Positions 9,461-18,505 of a stretch of 64,000 nucleotides of DNA are shown here, in pieces. A program made the position numbers and the translations under genes. Where the stretch lies: positions 704,001 to 768,000 of the forward strand of contig CAVZQC010000004.1 in NCBI GenBank assembly GCA_963777315.1, given 5' to 3'. A model generated the notes under the pieces. The model had not been told where the DNA came from. It did not search any database and saw only the letters and a list, made by a program, of their open reading frames with translations. Origin of the DNA: Vulcanimicrobiota bacterium. GTDB taxonomy: Bacteria; Vulcanimicrobiota; Vulcanimicrobiia; Vulcanimicrobiales; Vulcanimicrobiaceae. The stretch's first letter is position 1; every line of letters starts with the position of its first letter.

Positions 9461-10683
9461 CGCATCTGGCGCGCGTTCCGGTGCGCACAATCATTCGGGC
9501 GATTGCAGCCGCAGCCGAACGTTGGAGCGACGCGGATTTTCCCGCACGCGTTCGAATTCTCGATCGCATTTGCGAGCGAACCGGCTATTCGATTCCGGTC
9601 GTCGAGTATGCGCTGGATCGGCTGTTTTTTGCCGTTTCGGAGTCGGCCCTGGAGGCAACTATTTGCAGCGAGCTTGGCTCGCTGCAAACGCTGGACGGGT
9701 TCGCGAAGCGCGCCGGGCGCCCGGCGGCATGGGCGGTCCCAATCGGCCGCGTCTGCATCGTTTCGAGCCGAACGACCATCGGCGTCGCCTTGGTTCCGGC
9801 TTTTTTCGCGTTGTGCGCCAAGTGCGACGTGGTCGTCAAGGATCGCGAGGACGCGCTGATCGCCGCCTTTTTCGACACGCTGAGCGAAGAACTCGACGAG
9901 TTCGCCGGGGCGGCGTGCGCGCGCAGCTGGAGTTCGGCCGAGCCCGGCGCACCTGCGCTGGAATCTTTTGCAGGCGTGGTCGCCTTCGGGCACGACGATA
10001 CGCTGGCGGACATTCGGCGCATGCTGCGGCCCGACGCGCGCTTTATCGGCTACGGCTCGCGCGCGAGCGCCGGGTACGTGACGCGCGAGTCGCTGCAGGC
10101 TGAATCGGACGTTCGCGACATCGCGCGCGGAGCGGCGCGCGACCTTGTGTTGTACGAAAGCCAGGGATGCTTATCGCTTCACGTGCTGTTTCTCGAGCGC
10201 GGCGGCGCAACGAGCCCCCGGCGCTTTTGCGACGCCCTCGCATCCGCCGTCGAGCACACGAACGTAGAATTTCCGGTGGGCGAACGGGATGCGTCCGTCG
10301 CTGCGCGGCTGTCGCAGCAACGCAGCTTGGGCGTCTTTCGCGCCTCCGCCGGCCGGGGCGCCGTCTACGCAAACGCTTCCGCCGATTACCTCGTCCTTTT
10401 CGATCCGCCCGTCGAGCAGACTCCGTTGTTCTTGCCGCGCGCCTTGGGGATCGTGCCGGTCGACGAACCGGATCAGGCGCTGGAATATCTGCAGCGCCAC
10501 CGCCTGCCGCTCGAAGGGTTTGCGCTGTCGGCAGCTCGCGAGGACGTTGTGGCGATGGCACTCCAAGCCGCGGCAGTGCGCTTCACCCGCTTTGGGGAGC
10601 TGCAGGATCCGCCGCTCGGGGCCGATCACGGCGGAAGGCCGCGCATCGCCGAATTCGTACGTTGGGTCGATACGTCGCTTTGA
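9457..10683 (+). CDS. LuxC-like acyl-CoA/acyl-protein reductase
   Basis: VVAFGHDDT, FIGYGSRAS, YESQGCLSLH (catalytic Cys region), C-terminal GELQDPPLGADHGGRP. Lies directly after luxE-like. Confidence 0.8.
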   Translation: MTHLARVPVRTIIRAIAAAAERWSDADFPARVRILDRICERTGYSIPVVEYALDRLFFAVSESALEATICSELGSLQTLDGFAKRAGRPAAWAVPIGRVCIVSSRTTIGVALVPAFFALCAKCDVVVKDREDALIAAFFDTLSEELDEFAGAACARSWSSAEPGAPALESFAGVVAFGHDDTLADIRRMLRPDARFIGYGSRASAGYVTRESLQAESDVRDIARGAARDLVLYESQGCLSLHVLFLERGGATSPRRFCDALASAVEHTNVEFPVGERDASVAARLSQQRSLGVFRASAGRGAVYANASADYLVLFDPPVEQTPLFLPRALGIVPVDEPDQALEYLQRHRLPLEGFALSAAREDVVAMALQAAAVRFTRFGELQDPPLGADHGGRPRIAEFVRWVDTSL

Positions 10684-11981
10684 ACGAGGACGTGCTGGAG
10701 GAGCTGCGCACGCCGGTGCCCGGACCGCGCACGCGCGATCTGGCCCGAGGGCTGCAAACGTTCGAATCGCGCAACGTCACGTTCGTCGACGAACGCTTTC
10801 CGGTGTTTTGGGAATCTGCCGCCGGCGCCACGGTGCAAGACGTGGACGCAAACCGCTATATCGATCTCACCGCGGCGTTCGGCGTGGCAAACACCGGCCA
10901 CAGCAATCCGCGCGTCGCCGCTGCGCTCGCCGCGCAAGCCGCGGATCTGATGCACTCAATGGGCGACGTGCATCCCACCCACGCCAAAGTGCGGCTGCTC
11001 GACAAGCTCGCCGCGATCGCGCCCGGCGCCCTGTCAAGAACGTTCTTGGCCTCCACGGGAGCCGAAGCCGTAGAAGCGGCCCTCAAGACCGCGATGGTCG
11101 CGACCGGAAAATCGGCCTTTGCCGCCTATCGCGGCGCATATCACGGTCTTTCGCTCGGCGCTCTCCAAGTGTCCGGCATCGACAAATTCCGCGCGCCGTT
11201 CGCCGGATTTTTACAGCACCGCACGCTATTTTTGGACTATCCCGATGCGCAACGCTGCGGGACGTCGCAGGACGTCGATGCGGCGCTCGCCCGGGTAGGC
11301 ACCGCGTTGGACGCTCGCACCGACGTCGCGGCGCTGATCGTGGAACCGGTGCAGGGACGCGCCGGCTGCATCGTTCCGCCCGACGGGTATCTCACCGGAC
11401 TGCGCGAGATCTGCACCGCGCGCGGCGTGCTGCTCATTTTCGACGAGATCTATACCGGATTTGGGCGGACCGGCACGCTCTTTGCGTGCGAGCACGAACG
11501 CGTCGTGCCCGATATCCTGTGCATCGGAAAAGCGATGGCCAACGGTTTTCCGATTTCCGCGACCGTCGCGCTGCCGCAAATCATGGACGCATGGCCGCTA
11601 TCCTCCGGTGAAGCGCTGCATACCTCGACGTATCTAGGTAACCCGATGGGCTGTGCGGCCGCATTGGCAAACATTGCGGAGATCGAACGTTTGGGTTTGG
11701 TCGAGCGCGCCGCCGAGATGGGCGTGCTGCTGGGCGAGCGGCTGCGCGGGCTGCGTTCTCGGCCGAGCGTTCGGAGCGTGCGCGGCCGAGGACTGATGTG
11801 GGGCGTCGAACTGTTCGACGGCGGATACGCTCAAAGCGTCGTCATCGGTGCCTTGAAGAAAGGCATCATACTGCTGCAAGCGGGAGTACGGGGTAACGTG
11901 CTGTCCATAACCCCGCCGCTGGTCATATCGCAGCGGCAGCTCGACCGCGCCATCGACATCGTTGAGGAGTGTTTGACGTGA
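10680..11981 (+). CDS. Class III (omega) aminotransferase, GabT/ArgD-like
   Basis: DVDANRYIDL, YHGLSLG, VEPVQGRAG, FDEIYTGFGRTG, IGKAMANG. Confidence 0.9.
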   Translation: MNEDVLEELRTPVPGPRTRDLARGLQTFESRNVTFVDERFPVFWESAAGATVQDVDANRYIDLTAAFGVANTGHSNPRVAAALAAQAADLMHSMGDVHPTHAKVRLLDKLAAIAPGALSRTFLASTGAEAVEAALKTAMVATGKSAFAAYRGAYHGLSLGALQVSGIDKFRAPFAGFLQHRTLFLDYPDAQRCGTSQDVDAALARVGTALDARTDVAALIVEPVQGRAGCIVPPDGYLTGLREICTARGVLLIFDEIYTGFGRTGTLFACEHERVVPDILCIGKAMANGFPISATVALPQIMDAWPLSSGEALHTSTYLGNPMGCAAALANIAEIERLGLVERAAEMGVLLGERLRGLRSRPSVRSVRGRGLMWGVELFDGGYAQSVVIGALKKGIILLQAGVRGNVLSITPPLVISQRQLDRAIDIVEECLT

Positions 11982-13018
11982 TCCAGGCGGCACCGCGGTA
12001 CAAAGTCGGCATCGTCGGCGCCGGTTTCGGCGTTCGCGCGCATTTGCCGGCGTTCGCTGCGCATCCGAGCTTCGAAGTGGTCGCGCTGGCTTCGCCGCAT
12101 AACGCACTGCGCATCGCGCAGGAGCGTGGAATACCGCACGCCTTTACCGGTATCTCCGAGCTGCTTGCGGGCTGCGCGGTCGACGTGGTCTCGATCGCTT
12201 CGCCGCCCTTTGCGCACCATGGCGGCGTCCTCGCAGCGCTGCGCGCCCGCAAACACGTGATCTGCGACAAGCCGTTTGCGCTCGACGTGGGCCAGGCGCA
12301 AGAGATGCTCGCAGCCGCCGAACAAGCGGGTACCGCGACGGCCGTCATGCACGAATTTCGCTGGGTGCCGCAGCGCCTGGCCGTCAAAGAGCTGGTGAGC
12401 AACGGTCATGTGGCGCCGCTGCGCCAGCTCGAAATTACGCAGCTCTCGGGACGCCTTCGTCAAAGCGTCGAGCGTTCCGATTCGTGGTGGTTCGATCGCG
12501 CCCGCGGCGGCGGGATGGCGGGCGCGTTGCTGTCGCATCTGATCGATGCGTCGAATTGGATAGCGGGCCGCTCACCGCTGCGCACCACGGGGTACCTGCG
12601 AACGGCAAACCCCGTGCGCCACGACGAAACGGGCGCATTCACCAGCAGCGTCGACGACGGCTGTTTTGCGCTGCTCGATTACGGCGACGGACTAGTCGCG
12701 CGCCTTGCCGTCGACGCAACCTTAGCGGTGGATTCGTTCACCTTGGCGGCACATGGCGAAAACCGTACCGCGGTTGCGAGCGGCACGGACCCGCACGATA
12801 CGCGACTGTTCACCGTCGACGGCGAAGAAACCGCCGAACTGGAGTGCAAGCCGTCGCCGTATCGTCAGCTGCAGGCCATCGATCCGCACGTGCCCCTCAT
12901 CGTGGAGTTGCTCGACGAGTTCGTCAAGCAAATCGAAAGCGGCAGCAGCGCGGTGCCTACGTTCGAGCAGGCAGTTGCAACGCAGCGCGTGCTCGAGTCG
13001 ATCGGGTACGGCGTTTAG
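11978..13018 (+). CDS. Gfo/Idh/MocA family NAD(P)-dependent oxidoreductase
   Basis: VGIVGAGFG, KHVICDKP, GGGMAGALLSHLID. GAGGAG RBS before GTG 11978. Confidence 0.88.
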   Translation: MIQAAPRYKVGIVGAGFGVRAHLPAFAAHPSFEVVALASPHNALRIAQERGIPHAFTGISELLAGCAVDVVSIASPPFAHHGGVLAALRARKHVICDKPFALDVGQAQEMLAAAEQAGTATAVMHEFRWVPQRLAVKELVSNGHVAPLRQLEITQLSGRLRQSVERSDSWWFDRARGGGMAGALLSHLIDASNWIAGRSPLRTTGYLRTANPVRHDETGAFTSSVDDGCFALLDYGDGLVARLAVDATLAVDSFTLAAHGENRTAVASGTDPHDTRLFTVDGEETAELECKPSPYRQLQAIDPHVPLIVELLDEFVKQIESGSSAVPTFEQAVATQRVLESIGYGV

Positions 13019-13028
13019 CCGCGTAACG

Positions 13029-14627
13029 TCAATGCGATTGCGCGTACGAAACCGCTGCGCCCGCGTCGAGCCGCCCGCAGCCTTGCTCGGAATCGCTGAT
13101 GTCGGCGGCGCTTTGGCAGAGCGCTTTGGCGACCTGCGCCGGCGTGTAGCTCGGCTTGACTGCCAGAATCAACGCTGCGGCACCCGCAACGTGGGGCGTG
13201 GCTTGCGACGTGCCGGCGATGTCGATGCGGCAGTCGGGCGTAGAGGAACTGGAATCGTAATCCGGAGTGCAGCTGCCGGGCTCGATCGCGGTACTGGAGT
13301 AGATGTGTTCGATCCAGTGCAGTTCGTCAAGGTCGTTGCTGCCGTCCGGGTCGCCGCCGGGCGCAACCAAGAAATCGCCGTTTCCGCCGTTCGGCAAATA
13401 ATTCGAATAACTGGCGACTTGCTCGGTCACGAAGTTGGAAACGCTGTCGTTGATGGCTGAAGCGCCTACCGCAATCACGCCGGGATCGGCTGCCGGGCAA
13501 TCCAGCTGCGCAAGACCCATACCCGTGTTCTCATCGCCGTTTCCGGCTGCCGCAACCACCACTACGTTGTGCGCGATCGCGTTCTCTACGGCGATGTACT
13601 CGGGATCGGCTGTCGAGCACGGCGGCGACCCGCCCAAGCTCAAGCTGATCACTTTCGCGCCGTTCGCGACCGCATCGTCGATAGCCGACGCTTCGTCGGC
13701 CGAGTCCGAGAAGCACTGATCCGGAGGATTTTTCAGGTCGCATCCCCCCGCAGGATCGGCCGGAAAAATCCGGTACGCCATGAGCTTTGCATCAAAGCTC
13801 GCCGCAGCGAATCCAAGCCCGTTGTCCGTATCGCCGGCCGCAATGCCCGCCACGTTGGTGCCATGGCCGTCCGTATCCGTGACATACTGACCGGACGTCT
13901 GCGCCGAGTCGGACGGGTAGGTGACGAAGCAACGCGTGCGCACGATCGATCCGCCGCTCAGTTCGGGATGCGTGACGTCTACGCCGGTGTCGACGATCGC
14001 GATGGGTGCAGCAGAACCCACGACCGGCGCCGATGAAGCAACTTCATTCCACGCCGCTTGCGCATTGATGACGTGCATGTCCCACTGCCCCGGCGTCGTT
14101 GCGGTTTCAAAGTATGGCGCCGGCGCACCGAAACCGCCGTAGTACGGATCGTTCGAAACGATCGTCATGCGCTGCCGATACGTCACCCGCCCGACGTTCT
14201 GTACGCCCGGCAACGCCTTTATTGCCGCGATGGCTTGCGCGGTCCGCTGCGGATCGACGCGCAGAATGCGACCGCGCACGTGCAGCGCATCGAAATCCAG
14301 GTCGGTAACGTGAGAAACGCGCAGTGAAGCGGCAAGCGAATCGATGCGGCCGGCGGATGCGTCGTCCTTGAACGAAACGGCAATCGCTCCGGGAACGTAG
14401 CGCACGTCTCGCGTTGCCGCTACGGGCACGCGCCGGCGTACCTGCATGCCGTACGCGACGCTCGAAGGCAACGACCCGCTTTGAGGGCACGTCACGCCCG
14501 ATTCAGGAACCGGGGACGAAGTCGAGGACGGAGTCACTCCGCCGTTGCCGCCGCTTCCGCCACCGCAGCCGGCCAGCAGCAATGCGGTGATAAGCGCCGC
14601 TGCGGCATTCCGGGAACCCGATCGCAT
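13029..14627 (-). CDS. S8 subtilisin-family serine peptidase, lipoprotein
   Basis: Lipobox LLAGC-GGG; catalytic motifs IVDTGVD, DGHGTNVAG, AAGN, GTSQATPHVAG. Confidence 0.92.
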   Translation of the reverse strand: MRSGSRNAAAALITALLLAGCGGGSGGNGGVTPSSTSSPVPESGVTCPQSGSLPSSVAYGMQVRRRVPVAATRDVRYVPGAIAVSFKDDASAGRIDSLAASLRVSHVTDLDFDALHVRGRILRVDPQRTAQAIAAIKALPGVQNVGRVTYRQRMTIVSNDPYYGGFGAPAPYFETATTPGQWDMHVINAQAAWNEVASSAPVVGSAAPIAIVDTGVDVTHPELSGGSIVRTRCFVTYPSDSAQTSGQYVTDTDGHGTNVAGIAAGDTDNGLGFAAASFDAKLMAYRIFPADPAGGCDLKNPPDQCFSDSADEASAIDDAVANGAKVISLSLGGSPPCSTADPEYIAVENAIAHNVVVVAAAGNGDENTGMGLAQLDCPAADPGVIAVGASAINDSVSNFVTEQVASYSNYLPNGGNGDFLVAPGGDPDGSNDLDELHWIEHIYSSTAIEPGSCTPDYDSSSSTPDCRIDIAGTSQATPHVAGAAALILAVKPSYTPAQVAKALCQSAADISDSEQGCGRLDAGAAVSYAQSH

Positions 14628-14644
14628 TCTCAACACTCCCTGAC

Positions 14645-14680
14645 AAAACGTAAGAGCCGATCATACTATCGGCCCCTACG
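14645..14680 (-). terminator. Probable intrinsic terminator between the two S8 genes
   Basis: Minus-strand CGTAGGGGCCGAT-AGTATG-ATCGGCTCTTACG forms a 13-bp stem with two G-U pairs, followed by TTTT. It sits 20 nt after the stop at 14701. Confidence 0.6.
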
Positions 14681-14700
14681 ATTGGCGCCCTTAACGCCCC

Positions 14701-16329
14701 CTATTGCGTGAGTGCTTTGGCCACGGCGGCACCCGCGTCCACGCGCCCGCACCCCTGTCTCGTATCGCCGATGTCGTGCGCGGTGGAGCAGAGATCGGAA
14801 GCAATGCGAGCGGGCGTAAGCGAGGGACGCAGGCCAAGCATCAGCGAGACGACGCCGGCGACGTGCGGGGTGGCCTGCGAGGTCCCGGAAAAGCCGCCGC
14901 GGCAGTCGCCGCCTTCTCCGGCGTAGTCCGTACGGCAGTACGCCGATGCACCCGCCATCTGGCTGGACGTGATGTTTTCAACGAAATGCAGATCGTCGCT
15001 GTCATTGCCGGAGTTTGCCGTGCCGCCCGGCGCGACGAGGTACGCTCCGCCGCTGCCGGGTCCCGCAGAAGACGTCCAGTTCGAATATCCCGCTACGGCG
15101 TCGGCCTGCGAAGAACCGGACGGGCCGTCTGCGCCGACGGCGATGACGCCCGGATATGCCGCAGGACAGTCGAGATAGTTCTGACCGACGCCGACCCCGT
15201 TGACCTGCTTGCCGTTGCCGGCAGCCGCGACTACCGCCACCCCGCGAGCGATGGCGGCTTCAACCGCGTTCTCCTCAACGCTGTCGCTGCATTCCGAGAG
15301 CGGACCGCCGGATCCTAAACTCAAGTTGATCACCTTGGCGCCGTGAGCTACCGCATCGTTGATCGCGCTGGCCTCGTCGACGTCCGTGGTGGAACACTGC
15401 GCGCTTTTCGAATTCTCACAGCCGCCGCTGGGCGTACTGGGAAAAATGCGGTACGCCAGCAGCGGCGCATCGAACGCCACGCCGGCAAAACCGAACGAAT
15501 TGTTCGTATCGGCATCGGTTATGCCGGCAACGTTGGTTCCGTGCCCGTCGGTGTCGACGGCATACGGGCCGGAAGATTGCGCGGCGCTGCTCGGATACGT
15601 CACATAGCAGTACTGCCGAGTGATTTTTCCGCCGCGCAGTTCGGGATGCGTGACGTCGACGCCGGTATCGATCACCGCGATGGGAGCGCCGACCGCCGGA
15701 ATCTGCGAATAGTATCCCCACGCCGTCGAAACATGGATCAGGTGCATGTCCCACTGTCCGGGGATCGAAGAGCTTTCATAGTACGGAGCTTGCGGACCGA
15801 AGCCGTTGTAGTACGGATCGTTTACATGCACGATGGAGAGCAAATGGCGGTATTGCGCCCGCTCGACGCTGCGCACGCCGGGCGTGGCCCGCAACTGCGC
15901 GATCGCAGCACTCACTCGTGCGGGCTCCACCGAAAGCGAGCGGACCCGCAGGCCGATCGACTGCAGCTCCAGATCGGCGCTGCGCCGCGCATCGATCGAC
16001 GCCGCCACGCCGGCAATGCGGCGTCCCGCGTCATCGCCGGTGTAGGTTACGCTGATAAGGCCGGGGACGTATTTCTCCCAAGCGTCGTCCGAATTCGCCG
16101 CGCGCCGAGTGCTCAGCGTGCCCGCGCCCGAAGCTGCGCTCTGCGCAGCGGGACCGCTGGCCGGACAATCGGCGGACGATTGCGTTACCGGCGGGGGAGC
16201 GGGAGGGTTGGTCTGGGTTACCGGCGGCACCGGCCCGGACGGTCCCGAAGAACCGCCGCCTCCGCCGCAGGCCGTAAATGAAAGCGTGACGCCGGCGAGT
16301 GCCGCCGCGGTCAAAAGAATGCGTTTCAC
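14701..16329 (-). CDS. S8 subtilisin-family serine peptidase, lipoprotein (paralog of the neighbour)
   Basis: Lipobox FTAC-GGGGG; VIDTGVD, DGHGTNVAG, AAGN, GTSQATPHVAG. Confidence 0.92.
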   Translation of the reverse strand: MKRILLTAAALAGVTLSFTACGGGGGSSGPSGPVPPVTQTNPPAPPPVTQSSADCPASGPAAQSAASGAGTLSTRRAANSDDAWEKYVPGLISVTYTGDDAGRRIAGVAASIDARRSADLELQSIGLRVRSLSVEPARVSAAIAQLRATPGVRSVERAQYRHLLSIVHVNDPYYNGFGPQAPYYESSSIPGQWDMHLIHVSTAWGYYSQIPAVGAPIAVIDTGVDVTHPELRGGKITRQYCYVTYPSSAAQSSGPYAVDTDGHGTNVAGITDADTNNSFGFAGVAFDAPLLAYRIFPSTPSGGCENSKSAQCSTTDVDEASAINDAVAHGAKVINLSLGSGGPLSECSDSVEENAVEAAIARGVAVVAAAGNGKQVNGVGVGQNYLDCPAAYPGVIAVGADGPSGSSQADAVAGYSNWTSSAGPGSGGAYLVAPGGTANSGNDSDDLHFVENITSSQMAGASAYCRTDYAGEGGDCRGGFSGTSQATPHVAGVVSLMLGLRPSLTPARIASDLCSTAHDIGDTRQGCGRVDAGAAVAKALTQ

Positions 16330-16371
16330 AGTTCTGCCTTTTACCCGCCTCTTGTGCAAGCGTGTAGCTGA

Positions 16372-17643
16372 TTACGAGTTGCCCGCCGCGTTTGGTTCCC
16401 ATGCCGACAGCCGCTTCCACAGCATGGCCAGCGCAGAGGCCGTCGCCCGAGCCTGGACGGCGGTCCGGCCGCCGGGCAATTGCAGTCGAACCGCAAGCGT
16501 GGACGCCGAATCCGCCAATCCGATCCAAACCAAGCCGACCGGCTTTTCGGTGCTTCCGCCGTCCGGGCCGGCGATCCCGGTGGTCGACAAGCCGACGTCC
16601 GCATTCAGCCGCGCGCGAATGCCTTGCGCCATGGCCAGCGCGGTTTCTTCGCTCACCGCTCCCGCCCGCTGCAGCATCTGGGCCGAAACATCGAGCATGT
16701 CGCGTTTGACGGCATTGTCGTAGGCAACGACGCCGCCCTTGAAACTCTTGGACGATCCCGCCACGCTCGTGAGCGCGGCGCACACCGATCCGCCGGTACA
16801 CGATTCCGCCGCGGCCAGCGTAAGGCCCACCCGCTGCAGCAGGGCGTGGATCGATTCCGGCAAGGTTCGATCGTCCGCGCCGAACACGTGACCGCGCAGG
16901 CGGCGCGCGATCTCCGTTTCGACCGGTACGATGAGCTGTTCGGCTCCTTCCGCGGACGCCGCTTTGGCCATGATCTTCACGTCGCACCGGAAGTCGTGCG
17001 CGAGCACCGCAATTTTCGGGTTGTCGAGCGTGCGGAAGAGATCGTCGATGCGGTGGTCGACTTCCGATTCTGCGAGGTCGATCGTGTGCAGCACGCGGGT
17101 GCGCACCGTCTGCTGCAGATCGAACCGCTCGCGCAGCCACGGGAGCACCTGCCGTGCGAGCATCGGCTTCATCTCGTGCGGAACTCCGGGCAGCGACGCG
17201 ACGAACTTGGCGTCGGCGCGCACTGCGATGAAACCGGGCGCCGAGCCGTTGTCGTTCAACAGTACGACGCAGCCGCGCGGTACCTGCGCCTGCTTGCGGT
17301 TGTTGTCGCGCATCCGGCGGCCGGAGCGCGCGAAGATCGCCTCGATGTTTTCAAACGCGGCCTGACTCCACTGCGTATCTACGCCCATCACGTCGCACAC
17401 CGCTTCCGTGGTGAGGTCGTCCACCGTGGGTCCAAGACCGCCCGAAGTGATTACGCCGTCGGCGCGATCGAGCGCTGCTCGGATCCCCTGCGCAATGCGC
17501 GCGCGGTTGTCGCCCAGCGCGTGCGTGGCATAGACGTCGACCCCGTTCTCCGCCATTGCAGCGGCGATATGCGCGGTGTTGGTATCGAGCAGTTGGCCCA
17601 GGAGCAACTCGGTTCCGATCGCGAGGATTTCGACGCTGGCCAT
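16372..17643 (-). CDS. cinA: Competence/damage-inducible protein A (MoCF-like domain plus NMN deamidase PncC domain)
   Basis: IGTELLLGQLLDTN, GGLGPTVDDLT, AAESCTGG, STTGIAGPDGG. Confidence 0.93.
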   Translation of the reverse strand: MASVEILAIGTELLLGQLLDTNTAHIAAAMAENGVDVYATHALGDNRARIAQGIRAALDRADGVITSGGLGPTVDDLTTEAVCDVMGVDTQWSQAAFENIEAIFARSGRRMRDNNRKQAQVPRGCVVLLNDNGSAPGFIAVRADAKFVASLPGVPHEMKPMLARQVLPWLRERFDLQQTVRTRVLHTIDLAESEVDHRIDDLFRTLDNPKIAVLAHDFRCDVKIMAKAASAEGAEQLIVPVETEIARRLRGHVFGADDRTLPESIHALLQRVGLTLAAAESCTGGSVCAALTSVAGSSKSFKGGVVAYDNAVKRDMLDVSAQMLQRAGAVSEETALAMAQGIRARLNADVGLSTTGIAGPDGGSTEKPVGLVWIGLADSASTLAVRLQLPGGRTAVQARATASALAMLWKRLSAWEPNAAGNS

Positions 17644-17649
17644 GTTCGG

Positions 17650-18505
17650 CTAAAAATCGACCGGCCGCAGGTAGAACTCGTTGATCGCCGTGTTGGTGAG
17701 CATTGCGGTCGTCGGTAAGTGACGCTTCCAGTGCGTTCCGTCCAAACGGCGCCGCACGAGTGTCACGTCGCTGCCTGCGAAACCGCGTTCGACGAGCTGC
17801 GCGTTGGAATAGCCTTCGAGCATGCGCGCTAAGATCGCGTCCGCTTTTACGTAGGCTATTCCCAAGTCCGCTTCGTCGGTTTGATCGGCCTCCAAATCGG
17901 CACTGGGAGCTTTTTCAATCAGTTCGCGCGGAACGCCCAGATGTCGCGCCAGCTCCCAGACCTGCGACTTGTAGAGGTCTCCAATCGGATTGACGGGCGG
18001 CGTGTCGTCGGCGTGCCAAGTGAAATACCCCAGCAGACGTTCGGTCTTGTTTCCGGTGCCGATCGGCAGCGCGCCGTATTTCGCCGACTGATCGAACAGC
18101 ACCAGCATGCGCACACGGGCCATCACGTTGCCGCGCCGCCGCGCGTCGGCGTCGGGCTGGCATTTCAGATAGCCGTCGACCGCGTCGCTGATGTCGATCG
18201 TGTGTTCCACGATGCCCAGCGCGTCGACGACCAGACGCGCGTCGCTCAAACTCGACGCACTCGACGTACGGTACGGCATTCGGATCGCGTGCACGTTGCC
18301 GGGCCCTAGCGCCCGCGCACACAAAAACGCGGTGACCGCCGAATCGACGCCGCCGGAAAGCCCGACGACCGCACAGGCTCGTGTCGCGCCGCACCGTGAG
18401 TTCGTCCTGCAGAAAGGCCACGAGCCATTGCTCGGTGACTTTCGGGTTGATTCCCGGCGCCGCAGTGAACGAGGACCGGTTTTCTTCGATGACCGGCAGC
18501 GTCAT
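17650..18505 (-). CDS. nadE: NAD+ synthetase, synthetase subunit (single-base insertion near 18375)
   Basis: The N-terminus lies in ORF 17915..18505. Removing one base gives RAVVGLSGGVDSAV, joining ORF 17650..18324 with NVMARVRM, GTGNKTE, DLYKSQV, PSADL. Confidence 0.88.

Noticed and set aside
8369..10683. Bioluminescence (lux) operon
   Set aside because: No luciferase luxA/luxB, luxD or luxG in the window.
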